From Chitinophagales bacterium (GTDB lineage Bacteria > Bacteroidota > Bacteroidia > Chitinophagales > UBA2359): 48,683 bases of DNA. The translations under genes and the position numbers were made by a program. The notes beneath the pieces are model-generated. The model had not been told where the DNA came from. It ran no database searches and worked only from the letters and a program-made list of their open reading frames with translations. The DNA lies in assembly GCA_020631035.1 (NCBI GenBank), contig JAHDIA010000001.1, forward strand, positions 1 through 48,683, given 5' to 3'. Positions within the stretch are counted from its first letter, which is position 1. Each line of letters opens with the position of its first letter. Positions 24,199 through 33,987 of the stretch are shown one piece after another.

Positions 24199-26153
24199 TC
24201 AGCATTACAAACATACAGCTCCAGACAGCCTGGGGGCTTTTGCCCAATACAAATCCAGGCTTAAATGATCCATCAGACATCACCAAACTCACAATTGGAG
24301 ATAAGAAGAAGGCTCTCATTGATGTGGAAATTGATGGCGGTTCTACATTATCAGATTTTGATACATTGTATTTCAATCCTAAGCTTTTTGGTCAGCTTAC
24401 GCCTCCAGTCACATCTGATTATACTTCGGGATGGACCATCCCAGTCTCTCAACTTATTACAGGCACTACAGTACCAATGGCATTCTATCTCAGCGGTGCC
24501 ATTGTAGTGAATCAAAACATATCTGCATCGGTCATCAAGACAAGCGACACGACCTTTCAAATATGCTTTGAATTCTATGTAACGGCTGATACACACAACT
24601 TTGTTGGAGCTTACCTTTTCAGTAATGCAAACCGCCTGAAAAGTAGGTCAATGAATCGACAGTCACCAAATGTCTACAACTCCCAGTCTTGGGCTTGCTT
24701 TTTGGTGAACCTCCGTGACTCAGATGGAATCAACACCAGCACTGTTTCCTCTTTTGCGGTTGAGGGCTGCTTCTATGATGAGGGAAATGATGACTGGAAT
24801 TTCATCACGATGGCAATCAATACTGAGAGCTGTGGCGAAAGTGTAAATGAAATGCTCTCTCAGTTTGAGGACAACACCATTGATTTTGGATTCATCCTTG
24901 GTGGTGCTCCGCCAAGCTCTGCCAGAATGATGGTGGTGAGTCAATGTCCAAACAACCAGTCAAATTTTGTAGAGGATATTATTGTTTTTGAGCAACAGGT
25001 CACGCTGCAAATTAGTCAATCAAACCAGTACGCAAACGTTTTGCACACTTTCCCAAAGGGCTTTTTTGACAGCAGCTGCTGTTACTGCATCATTGTAATT
25101 CTGTATGACGATGTTAATGAAATAGCCGCAAGCTACAGTGTGGAAGATGTATGCGCAGGGCAGCCTCCCTGCTGCAAACCTGAAATAACTGCAACAATCA
25201 ATTCAGAGCAAACCGACTGCGCTACCCTTTGTCTTGGTACCACAAATGAACTGAAGGTTTGCCTTGGTGATTTTGATTGCGAGGTTCAAGACACCGAAGT
25301 TACAGTCCAAGTACTGATTCTTGAAATACAGAATAATACTGGCGGCAGGCTCCAAACAGAGTCTATTGAAATCGATGAGAATGGATGCGGTGTATACAAT
25401 TATTTTGCAGCAGAGGGCGGTCAGGAGCTTTCGCTCACTTGGAGAATACTTCTCAAGGCAGTTAGCGATGCAGGCATAGAGATTGACTACGAAGCACACT
25501 ACAAACAAAAAATCATTGTAAGTGATTTTGAGAGTGAGCGCATAGAAAGCATCAAATTCACAGATGAAAATGGCAAAACAATTACCAATCTTTGTTATGC
25601 CGAAATCATTAATGTAGAGGTTTGTGTTGATGTAGATGGCCTGGACAATCCTCGCATTGATTTGACGCTACTTGAGTCGCCTTATGTAGATCAAAGCTCT
25701 ATTATCGCCACTCTACTATCGGGAGTATCAATTGGCGCAAATTGCATCATAGCTCAAATTGATACAAACCTTATTGAAGAGGGAAAACAGTATTGCGTGA
25801 TTGCCTCAATTAGTCACGATGTAGAAGATCCTCCAATGCAAATAGATTGCAATGAATTCATATCTTCTGTAATAACAATTATGACCTCAAATCAAGCTGA
25901 GATTTCCATTACATTTACAAATGAATCTCCCAATGTGATATTGGTCAATAGCTCTGAAATGGTCATAGATAGTAGTATTAATGGGAGCAATATCTCTCTT
26001 ACAATACCTGCCCAAAATGGATGCATTGAAAATGTGATAGTTCACCTACAGCTTGAAAACACAGATGTAATAGAAGTCTTATTTGATAATGTCTGCGATG
26101 CATCGACCGAGTATGATTGTAGATATATTCAATCAACAAATACCGAATCATAA
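24195..26153 (+). CDS. large Cys-rich tail/baseplate protein
   Basis: ATGA overlap with the upstream gene. 652 aa. Position after the TMP and distal tail protein. Confidence 0.5.
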   Translation: MISITNIQLQTAWGLLPNTNPGLNDPSDITKLTIGDKKKALIDVEIDGGSTLSDFDTLYFNPKLFGQLTPPVTSDYTSGWTIPVSQLITGTTVPMAFYLSGAIVVNQNISASVIKTSDTTFQICFEFYVTADTHNFVGAYLFSNANRLKSRSMNRQSPNVYNSQSWACFLVNLRDSDGINTSTVSSFAVEGCFYDEGNDDWNFITMAINTESCGESVNEMLSQFEDNTIDFGFILGGAPPSSARMMVVSQCPNNQSNFVEDIIVFEQQVTLQISQSNQYANVLHTFPKGFFDSSCCYCIIVILYDDVNEIAASYSVEDVCAGQPPCCKPEITATINSEQTDCATLCLGTTNELKVCLGDFDCEVQDTEVTVQVLILEIQNNTGGRLQTESIEIDENGCGVYNYFAAEGGQELSLTWRILLKAVSDAGIEIDYEAHYKQKIIVSDFESERIESIKFTDENGKTITNLCYAEIINVEVCVDVDGLDNPRIDLTLLESPYVDQSSIIATLLSGVSIGANCIIAQIDTNLIEEGKQYCVIASISHDVEDPPMQIDCNEFISSVITIMTSNQAEISITFTNESPNVILVNSSEMVIDSSINGSNISLTIPAQNGCIENVIVHLQLENTDVIEVLFDNVCDASTEYDCRYIQSTNTES

Positions 26154-27094
26154 TGACAGTGTTGACTTACCCAAATAATGATATAGAAAACTGCTCGACT
26201 GCTGAGTGCATTGCTGCTCAGGCTTGCTTGCCAGTCAAAAAGGATTGTAATTTCAGCTCACCGCTTTTTGGTGATAAGAATGGACTTTTCAATTGTAATT
26301 TGTGTGCTGGCGATAAGTATTTTGCAATGCCATTTGTGAGAGGGGATAAGATTCCATTTCAAATGCGTTTGCCCGATTGCCTTAATGATGGTTGTGATTT
26401 GATTGGCGGCTGGAAAGACAATACAAATGAGGATTACTACATTGGGGCAGAGCTTTTGAGTGAGGGAGAAGTGGTATATGAGCATATTGGACAGTTTTCA
26501 TCTGATTATGTAGTAGGTCTTGACTCAGATGGCATTCCATATCAAAATTTTGTAGTTGACACCTCTGTTTTTGAGGAGAAATGCTTTCAAATTGCAATCA
26601 CCTACTACTGCAAAAACGCAGATGGTGAGTATGAAATCAAAGATTCATTTGTAAGCGAACCTTTTGTAGAATCTGCGAAATCTGAATGTACAATTGTTTT
26701 GGAATCGGAGCTTGAAAACTCTTGTGATGGATTCCACTACGGAAGCGGAGCGGATGATTGCCACTACGGAACCTCTGATTTTGCATACTCAAACCGTGTA
26801 CGCCTTCCTGGTTCTATATACCTCAATCAAGTCAGCTTCGAGGACATTATTTTGGACAATGGCGACATTGCCTCAAGTGAGTTGAGGGAGAACTACACAG
26901 TAGACATCTACTGCGTGCCTCCCTATGCGGTAAGGCTCTTGAAAGAAGTGCTTCAGGGTAGACATCTCACTATTGATGGAGTAAGCTACGAAAAAGAAAA
27001 CATCACCATAAGCAAAGGCATAGCACAAGGTAGGATGTGGGATGGCATAACATTCTCGGTGTATAGAGAATGCTCAAATGATAATTGTAATTAA
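26153..27094 (+). CDS. Cys-rich tail-associated protein
   Basis: taATG overlap with the upstream gene. 313 aa. Confidence 0.5.
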   Translation: MTVLTYPNNDIENCSTAECIAAQACLPVKKDCNFSSPLFGDKNGLFNCNLCAGDKYFAMPFVRGDKIPFQMRLPDCLNDGCDLIGGWKDNTNEDYYIGAELLSEGEVVYEHIGQFSSDYVVGLDSDGIPYQNFVVDTSVFEEKCFQIAITYYCKNADGEYEIKDSFVSEPFVESAKSECTIVLESELENSCDGFHYGSGADDCHYGTSDFAYSNRVRLPGSIYLNQVSFEDIILDNGDIASSELRENYTVDIYCVPPYAVRLLKEVLQGRHLTIDGVSYEKENITISKGIAQGRMWDGITFSVYRECSNDNCN

Positions 27095-27112
27095 TCAAAA
27101 AAACTTGAAATA

Positions 27113-27367
27113 ATGGCAAAAGTAAAAGTTATAGAAGTCAAGGATTTGACCAATGGAAAGACCTTAACGGTCAAGGAAAATTGGTGGAAAAAATACAAGG
27201 ATTCTGGCAAGTATCAGTTCATTCAGGAGTTACAAACCGATGGAGTCACGCCAGTTGCCCGAACACCAGACTCGAAACCCAAAACCACAAACTTCAAAAC
27301 AAGTGTGAGTACAACCACAAAGTCAGTAAGCACCTCTACAGGAGGCTGCGGCGGCTGTGGACACTAA
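27113..27367 (+). CDS. small protein with S/T-rich region and C-terminal GGCGGCGH
   Basis: 84-aa ATG ORF at the start of the head block. Confidence 0.5.
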   Translation: MAKVKVIEVKDLTNGKTLTVKENWWKKYKDSGKYQFIQELQTDGVTPVARTPDSKPKTTNFKTSVSTTTKSVSTSTGGCGGCGH

Positions 27368-27403
27368 TATTATATTACCACAACAAAATCAAAACCCATA
27401 ATT

Positions 27404-28222
27404 ATGGATAAGTTAAAAGAACTCTTGAAAGAGTTGAAAATCAATGTCAGTGATGATTATTTCTCTGACGATATTACTATAACAGATAAGCTTGATCCCA
27501 AAAAGGACGCTGAGGGGATTATCGCAGCATTTTCTGATCCAATCAAAACTGAGTTGGAAAAAACGCTCAAGGAAACACTTTCAAAGGAGATTTCCGACCA
27601 AGAGAAAGTTAAATCCCTTATTAAGTATAAGAAGATTGTAGCCGACAAACTTGGCTTGAAAATGACCGACAATGAACGCAAGGAGAAGGATTTGGAGAAA
27701 ATTTGGGAAATGGGACTGGAGGCTATTACCAAGGAGCAAAAGAATGTGCTTCCTGAAGATTATCAAAAACTTCAAGGAGATCTCGTTGAGGCGAAAAATC
27801 TCTATGATGCACTGAAAGGGAAGTATGATGAGGAAACCAGTGGATTTGATACCAAGCTGGCAGAGGCGTTGGCTGGTCAAAAATCAAGCCTTCAAAACAA
27901 TTGGGATCTTCAATCGATCCTTGGAAAAATTGGGAAAGGCAAAAAATCAGATGTATTACTCAGAGTAGTGCTTCCTGAAATTGAAAAAATTGGAGTAATT
28001 GGAAAAGATGCAAGCGGAAAGCTCGCAGTATTGGACAAAGAAGATCCCAAAAAACTGGCGATGATTGATGGCAAGCCAATCAATATTGAGGAATTTTCAA
28101 CCAGCTACTTGCAGGAAGCAGGGATCTTGGCAAAGAATGACTTCGATGAAACTCCAGATCCTATTGATCTTGGGGGAGGTAGTCAAGATTTCAATCTGCC
28201 ATCTGAGAAAGCTGCGATGTAG
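27404..28222 (+). CDS. scaffolding-like protein (acidic, helical)
   Basis: 272 aa, rich in K/E/D/L heptad-like sequence. Lies directly upstream of the capsid-like gene. Preceded by the ttaccacaacaa leader variant. Confidence 0.45.
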   Translation: MDKLKELLKELKINVSDDYFSDDITITDKLDPKKDAEGIIAAFSDPIKTELEKTLKETLSKEISDQEKVKSLIKYKKIVADKLGLKMTDNERKEKDLEKIWEMGLEAITKEQKNVLPEDYQKLQGDLVEAKNLYDALKGKYDEETSGFDTKLAEALAGQKSSLQNNWDLQSILGKIGKGKKSDVLLRVVLPEIEKIGVIGKDASGKLAVLDKEDPKKLAMIDGKPINIEEFSTSYLQEAGILAKNDFDETPDPIDLGGGSQDFNLPSEKAAM

Positions 28223-28263
28223 GCTTTTTTACACAATTTTCACAGAAAAACATCAAAATACTT

Positions 28264-28286
28264 GCGGGATACTATCCCGCTTTTTT
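28264..28286 (+). terminator. rho-independent terminator
   Basis: Stem gcgggat / atcccgc, loop act, followed by T6. Confidence 0.7.
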
Positions 28287-28338
28287 ATTTTTGTTTCAAA
28301 TCGACTGAGAAATTAGGAAAGTCAATGTCGATTTTTCT

Positions 28339-28402
28339 CACCGAGGCGACTAGTTGAGCCTATCTAATCAACCCACCGAGGACGCTTGATCCTATCTAAT
28401 CA
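28339..28402 (+). promoter_or_regulatory. conserved upstream element, copy A (internally duplicated)
   Basis: caccgagg-N12-cctatctaatca occurs twice in tandem. The core gttgagcctatctaatcaacccaccgagg (28353-28381) recurs at 43536-43565. Confidence 0.6.
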
Positions 28403-28437
28403 CAGCACATTATTTCACAATTTAGAATACTATAAGT

Positions 28438-30078
28438 ATGTATATTGATGTGCGAAAAATGTTCAAGTATACACAAGCATACTTGAAAGATATACGCCAA
28501 AATGCCCCTGAGCTGCGTGAGCGTTCAGGAAATATTGGCTTTCTCTCCGCTCTTGCATCCGACCTTAATGAACGTCGAAAACCACGACTACAAAGCTTAG
28601 TCGATGGTGGAGACGGGAAGTGTAGAACTGCAATTATCACCAAAAGAAAAAGACCTTGTAAGAAAAGTTGTTACTGTAATCCAGGAAATTGCCCAACAGA
28701 TGGTAGAAATCCAGAGGATGACAGAAGCAGAATGAAATTTGAGGTCAAAAACCAGTGCGGTATTCAGCCAATCAAATTCAATGATGAGTACATTAGATGC
28801 CTTGACAAATCAAGAGCACAGCTCATTAATGAGGAGTTCTCAATGGATATGGATCTATGGCGTGAGGCTCTGAATGAAAAATTGATTGCTGAAGTTCTAG
28901 AAAAACACATTGGTGGAACAAAAGGAAGTAGCGGTCCAACTGGTCAGACAGTGAAAATTCCATTATACAAAACCGATGGGACAATCAACCCTATGGGAAT
29001 GGTCAAGCTCAAGCGCATCTTCCGAGATATGAATGTGGTTGGAAATCCTTATGTGGTTGGGGCTGGAATCTGGCAGGACTATGCTGACCTCAAATCTATT
29101 GCCTGTTGCAATGCTGGTTTCAATGTATCAAATCAGCCATCTCCATTTATGATGGGATATGACAGCACACTTGCCTCTCTTGTAATGGGTAGTAGCTGGG
29201 GATACAATGATGCCAATAATGTAGCAATCGCCTTTGCCCCTGGTGCATTGGGATTATACTACTTCAATAAGAATAGAGGCGACTTCCGATATGATGAAGG
29301 AATGAATCATTTTTGGAGAACCACAATAACTGATCCCGTTACAGGATGGCCTCTAGATTACTATGGCAAAAACGATGGATGTGATAATTTGCTTGTTTGG
29401 GCAAATATGAACTATAGCCTCTATGCAGAAGATGATGCGTATCATCAATGTGATGAGTTGTATGGAACCAATGATATTGTTTTGATCGAGGCGATATGCT
29501 CTGATGAAACAGTTTGTGTTGGAAATGTAATCCCGACTTGCTGCAAGCCAACTGCCAACTTCACAGCCACTATGGTTGCTGGTGGATGCAGAACATATAC
29601 ACTTGATGCCAAATCTTCTGTTGTCGGAGCTGATGGTGAAAACTGTGGAACCTCAATTACAATGTATCGCTGGAGAATTCCTCACATTGGATACATCAAA
29701 GGAGCTGCTGGTGAGCCTATTCTTGGAATGCCTGGCATCTGTGGAACTTATGATTGCCCAATTGTAACCTTTGCAGAATGTGGCGACCATGAGATTTCTT
29801 TGAGCGTGGTAGATGACAATGGATGCCCATCGACTGAAACCAAAGATGTGATTACGGTGTCTGACAACTGTCCACCACCCGATGCGCCTTGTCCTCCTGA
29901 AGAAGAGGGATGCCCCGAAGGAGTGGCTGAGTTTGATGCCACATCCGATTACCCACAAGGATCAGTTGTTTGCTTTGAGGGCAAGTGCTATGGAAATGCA
30001 GATGCTGCATACACTGCTGGCAAAGCAGGTCCTGGAGAAGATGGCTCTGCATTTGTGGAGACTGAGTGCCCCCAGTAA
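28438..30078 (+). CDS. major capsid-like protein with C-terminal PKD/Ig-like and carbohydrate-binding-like extension
   Basis: Position after the scaffold-like gene. 546 aa. The C-terminal ...ANFTATMVAGGCRTYTLDA...ISLSVVDDNGC... looks PKD-like. ...DYPQGSVVCFEGKCYGN... looks CBM5/12-like. The capsid assignment is positional. Confidence 0.45.
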   Translation: MYIDVRKMFKYTQAYLKDIRQNAPELRERSGNIGFLSALASDLNERRKPRLQSLVDGGDGKCRTAIITKRKRPCKKSCYCNPGNCPTDGRNPEDDRSRMKFEVKNQCGIQPIKFNDEYIRCLDKSRAQLINEEFSMDMDLWREALNEKLIAEVLEKHIGGTKGSSGPTGQTVKIPLYKTDGTINPMGMVKLKRIFRDMNVVGNPYVVGAGIWQDYADLKSIACCNAGFNVSNQPSPFMMGYDSTLASLVMGSSWGYNDANNVAIAFAPGALGLYYFNKNRGDFRYDEGMNHFWRTTITDPVTGWPLDYYGKNDGCDNLLVWANMNYSLYAEDDAYHQCDELYGTNDIVLIEAICSDETVCVGNVIPTCCKPTANFTATMVAGGCRTYTLDAKSSVVGADGENCGTSITMYRWRIPHIGYIKGAAGEPILGMPGICGTYDCPIVTFAECGDHEISLSVVDDNGCPSTETKDVITVSDNCPPPDAPCPPEEEGCPEGVAEFDATSDYPQGSVVCFEGKCYGNADAAYTAGKAGPGEDGSAFVETECPQ

Positions 30079-30749
30079 TTCAGGGAGACCCTACGTCCAG
30101 TGGTCTCTCTTGCGAACAAATCGGACAGATAGTAATTGATAATTCAACAGGCTGTGCCTATGTAGCAACTGATGATGGTGAAGGCGGATGCAGATGGGAG
30201 CTTGACAGAGTCAACTCCTCCCAAGAATGCCTTGATGCATTAAGAGTTTGCTTGGTGCCTGGAGATGGTACAACTGATTGGAGTGCAACTGGCGTGACAA
30301 CTGGTGAAGGCACATTGACTGGTCCTGCAACGCCTCTTGGCTGGAACAAAGGTGGAACATTCGGATGTGTAGATGGCGAGCTTACGCTTTCATTCACACA
30401 TGTAGATCCATCTGCAACAGCAAACGGAATGTTTGGTCTTAGCTGCACTGACACAAACACAAACTGGAATACAATCGCACATGCGTTCTATCTATATCAG
30501 TTTGGTACAAACTATTATTATAGAATCTATGAAAATGGAGCGTATCAATCAGTGTTTGGAACGCACGCTGCTGGCGATTCTTTCGAGATCACTCGTACAG
30601 CAGCTGGAGTAGTTGAGTACAAAGTTAATGGCTCTGTGGTTCATACTTCCGCAAATCCAATTGCTTGTGATTGTGTCGTATTTGACTCATCAATCTATCG
30701 AAACTCACAAATTGAATCAATTCAATTATGTGGTGACAGAAATTCTTAA
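30066..30749 (+). CDS. hypothetical structural protein or -1 frameshift extension of the upstream gene
   Basis: No ATG. The ORF opens with GTG immediately after an in-frame TGA and overlaps the upstream stop across a C5 run. Confidence 0.45.
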   Translation: MPPVIQGDPTSSGLSCEQIGQIVIDNSTGCAYVATDDGEGGCRWELDRVNSSQECLDALRVCLVPGDGTTDWSATGVTTGEGTLTGPATPLGWNKGGTFGCVDGELTLSFTHVDPSATANGMFGLSCTDTNTNWNTIAHAFYLYQFGTNYYYRIYENGAYQSVFGTHAAGDSFEITRTAAGVVEYKVNGSVVHTSANPIACDCVVFDSSIYRNSQIESIQLCGDRNS

Positions 30750-30764
30750 CCCAAATAACCCAAA

Positions 30765-31166
30765 ATGGTCCAAGTGATCATTTTGGGTTTTCAAAACATA
30801 GTTATGACAGCAAAAGAAAGACACGAACTTGTCGTGCAAAATATCAAAACAGCCGAGTGCTGTGTGGTTGATCCTGTGGTGCTAGAAATTGCAGACCAAG
30901 ATGTTGAGCAAACACAAAAAGGTTTTCAAAAGCAAAGCCTTGTACATATCGCAACGGTGTTGCAATTAGAAATCAATGAGCTTTCAGTTCCACTTTCTGA
31001 GTCTGAAAAGACAATCTCTGATCTTGATATTAAGAAAGCAAAAGCTGTTGAATTGATTGAAGTCATCAAGGCTTATCAAATTGAAAAGCGATCAGAGCTT
31101 TCTGGCATCACAGAGGAAGAATCAAAAGGAAAGTCAGGATCAGAGGAAGAATCAGAGGAAGAATAA
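30765..31166 (+). CDS. hypothetical acidic protein
   Basis: 133-aa ORF. Alternative ATG at 30804 (MTAKERHEL). Confidence 0.5.
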   Translation: MVQVIILGFQNIVMTAKERHELVVQNIKTAECCVVDPVVLEIADQDVEQTQKGFQKQSLVHIATVLQLEINELSVPLSESEKTISDLDIKKAKAVELIEVIKAYQIEKRSELSGITEEESKGKSGSEEESEEE

Positions 31167-31199
31167 CAGGAGATTAAGCAAACAAAAAAGTAATCAAAA

Positions 31200-33548
31200 A
31201 TGAGTTGTTATAAGATCATTACAAACAAGGATATTAATGTAGGAGCAGGTGAGATGCAGCAAAAGTGCATCCCTGTATTGGACCCTGCGGGCAATCCAAT
31301 GTGTCCAATCAATTATCCCATCAAGCTTGAAGCTAACGGAGAGGTGTATTACACCGATTCACAATTAATTAATGGTTTGAACAATGATATTTTGATTACT
31401 GGGCAGACTGCGTCTCTCTCAGCGGACGGATGCAGTATTTGTATTGAATACTCTACTGGCTGCGTTCCAGAAAACATACCAACTTTGTATTTTCCACCAA
31501 TAGCTGATATTGAATTGACCCAAAATCCAGATGGCACTTTTTCAGTTACTCCAGGCGCTCCAGATGACAATGGATGTCCATCGGGAATAACTGGACAGGG
31601 GTGGTTGATCAAAAACCAGAACGGAATCGTGGTTCTTGATTTGGGCATTGGCTCTCTTACTGACCCAATACCAGCAAACCCTTATGGCATTACTGGCAAT
31701 TATGGAAATCTCACAATTGAACCTTGGAGTCTTCCTGAAAACATATACATCTGCTCAGTTGTGCAAACTGACTGCGCACTAAGCACAAACGAGGTTTGTG
31801 AGTATATTGAAAAAGTTACTTTTGAATGCCCAATAGCTGACATAACAATCGAAGATGGTCCAGATGGCACCTTTGTCATTACTCCAGGTACTCCAGATGA
31901 CAATGGGTGTCCTGGAGGAATTACTGGGCAGGGATATGTGATACAAAATGCTGAAAATGGCAATGTTGCCTTCCAACTTGGAATCACTTCTGATCTTGCA
32001 CAAAGCATTGACAATCCAATCCCGATACCGTTCGCAGATGGCAAATACAGCACTTTCACCGTGCTGCCAGAGCTGCTCATATTCCCAATCAAAATTTGCA
32101 GTATTGTAAGAACTGGGTGCTGCGAATCCAGTAATGTGGCGTGCGTTACAATAGAGCCAAAACGCACGATTAATATTGTTGATTCATCTGGCAATCCTAC
32201 AAGTTGCCTTGCAGAAAACAATACTTACATCTATCCTGTAACACTTGATTTCTCTGGACAAGGAGGACTTAGTGGCGTGACAGTTAACTCGGATGCCGAA
32301 CTTGCAGCAGCGGTAATCGCCAATACAAATGCAACAGTAGTTGAAATTGTTGGTTGCAGGATTTGCGTCCTCAGTTGGGATGGAGATGAGCCGCAGGATA
32401 TTCCAACCATTTGTGGTGAGCTGGTTGATGCTGGAGCTGCAATTGCTTGCCTCTGTGAAAATGGGGTGTTTGTATATCCTTTCTATCTAGGGGATAACAC
32501 GCTAATAACATCTGATGCGGAACTTGCAGCAGCAACAGGCGGCACTCTAAACGGGTGCCAAATTTGTGGATCTGGCAATGTTGAAGTTTGCAACACTGCA
32601 ATTGCATCAATTTCCACAACACTTACAAACCTAGTTTCTGAAGGGGACTTTGATATTTGCATAACAGCGGATATTTGTGGAAATGCCATTCCTGATGGAT
32701 GGGTTGCTTGTGCTAGAGTAGAAGACGAAAATGGCAATGTGATTGCTCAGGCAGATTTGATTTTTGGACAAGATCCATCTACACCAGCTGGAGTTCAAAA
32801 TGACACAAATTGGTTTGGAGCTGGAAACTTCGGAGAATACTTGTCAAGTGGTATACTCAGCGGAGCGGATGCACTTGCCTCTGGCTCTTGCTTTGTATTC
32901 TCAAAGCTAATTTGGGCGCAGGACAATGGTCTAACTGGAGATACAAATGGGAATGATTTGTCAGTTGGTCTGACAATGACAATCGAAATCAAAAACCCAA
33001 ATGGATGCATTTCTTCAGGTGAGGTTTCAGCTGATATGTGCGCCGTCAAACATTTTGGATTTGACAACGGAACCTTCACAACGCTTGAGATAGGTAACAC
33101 AGGCGGAGTAATCACTTACAATCCCTACCCTGCATCTCCGACTTATGGCACGCTTGGAAGCATTATAAGTATGCATGAAGATATTATTGCAGGAGTACCA
33201 ACTTGCTCTCCATTCTCAAGAGTGGCAATCAATCAAGATTATACAATTGTGGAAATGGTAGTGAATGCAGTGCCAACTGCTTATTCAATTCCTGCACCAA
33301 CAATTAATGGAGGAAGTGCATACAGCGTAATCTCCATTGCACCAGCAATTGACTCGGCTGGTCTGTTCTCACAATATAATGTGTATACAACTCAAAGTTA
33401 CTTCCAAAACTGTCTTGAAAGACATGCAGGATATGCCATCATGCAAGTGTGCAAAAACGATATTGATATATCTCAAATCACGCTTGAGGACTCACAAGGC
33501 AGACAGTTCATAATGACCATTGAGCCACTTTTATTCCTTAATTTCTAA
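31200..33548 (+). CDS. tail fibre / receptor-binding-like protein with internal domain duplication
   Basis: 782 aa, Cys/Gly/Asn-rich. A repeated domain of about 111 aa (PIADI...PDGTF.(V/I)TPG.PDDNGCP.GITGQG) and a repeated SDAELAAA motif. Confidence 0.5.
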   Translation: MSCYKIITNKDINVGAGEMQQKCIPVLDPAGNPMCPINYPIKLEANGEVYYTDSQLINGLNNDILITGQTASLSADGCSICIEYSTGCVPENIPTLYFPPIADIELTQNPDGTFSVTPGAPDDNGCPSGITGQGWLIKNQNGIVVLDLGIGSLTDPIPANPYGITGNYGNLTIEPWSLPENIYICSVVQTDCALSTNEVCEYIEKVTFECPIADITIEDGPDGTFVITPGTPDDNGCPGGITGQGYVIQNAENGNVAFQLGITSDLAQSIDNPIPIPFADGKYSTFTVLPELLIFPIKICSIVRTGCCESSNVACVTIEPKRTINIVDSSGNPTSCLAENNTYIYPVTLDFSGQGGLSGVTVNSDAELAAAVIANTNATVVEIVGCRICVLSWDGDEPQDIPTICGELVDAGAAIACLCENGVFVYPFYLGDNTLITSDAELAAATGGTLNGCQICGSGNVEVCNTAIASISTTLTNLVSEGDFDICITADICGNAIPDGWVACARVEDENGNVIAQADLIFGQDPSTPAGVQNDTNWFGAGNFGEYLSSGILSGADALASGSCFVFSKLIWAQDNGLTGDTNGNDLSVGLTMTIEIKNPNGCISSGEVSADMCAVKHFGFDNGTFTTLEIGNTGGVITYNPYPASPTYGTLGSIISMHEDIIAGVPTCSPFSRVAINQDYTIVEMVVNAVPTAYSIPAPTINGGSAYSVISIAPAIDSAGLFSQYNVYTTQSYFQNCLERHAGYAIMQVCKNDIDISQITLEDSQGRQFIMTIEPLLFLNF

Positions 33549-33558
33549 TCCCAAAAAG

Positions 33559-33987
33559 ATGATTGTAGACTTAGCACAAATATCAAATAAGAATCAACTT
33601 CTCACAAGAGATAGGGCAAGATACAACCCTAGAAGCCGAAAATGGGAAAGACCATCTTATGCCTATATTGACAATAATGCAAATGCTGGGAAGCCCTTTT
33701 TTGATGCGGATATGGCTTACAATCTTCAGGATAAGCCGATCAAGCAAATGCAGTGGGTAGAATTATCAAATTCAGAAGTTCAGGAGGTAGGCAAGGAAAT
33801 GGCTCTAGAAATGGCCATCGCCGCAGATGGCAAGAGCTATGGAGTTGACGAATCTGGCAATCCAATCAATATTGATTTTCAGGCAAACAATAGCTTTCAA
33901 AGAATTGCAAAGAAAATACTGGATCAAAGCGGAATTGGAACAGATGGACAATTAGAAAATTATTTCATTTCAAAAATTATAGCCTAA
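33559..33987 (+). CDS. hypothetical virion-module protein
   Basis: ATG at 33559 chosen (MIVDLAQ...), avoiding overlap with the upstream gene. Confidence 0.5.
   Translation: MIVDLAQISNKNQLLTRDRARYNPRSRKWERPSYAYIDNNANAGKPFFDADMAYNLQDKPIKQMQWVELSNSEVQEVGKEMALEMAIAADGKSYGVDESGNPINIDFQANNSFQRIAKKILDQSGIGTDGQLENYFISKIIA

Noticed and set aside
31497-33548. Possibility that the fibre repeats are a diversity-generating retroelement template/variable repeat pair.
   Set aside because: No reverse transcriptase or accessory gene is present in the genome. The differences between copies are not confined to adenine positions as far as can be judged by eye.
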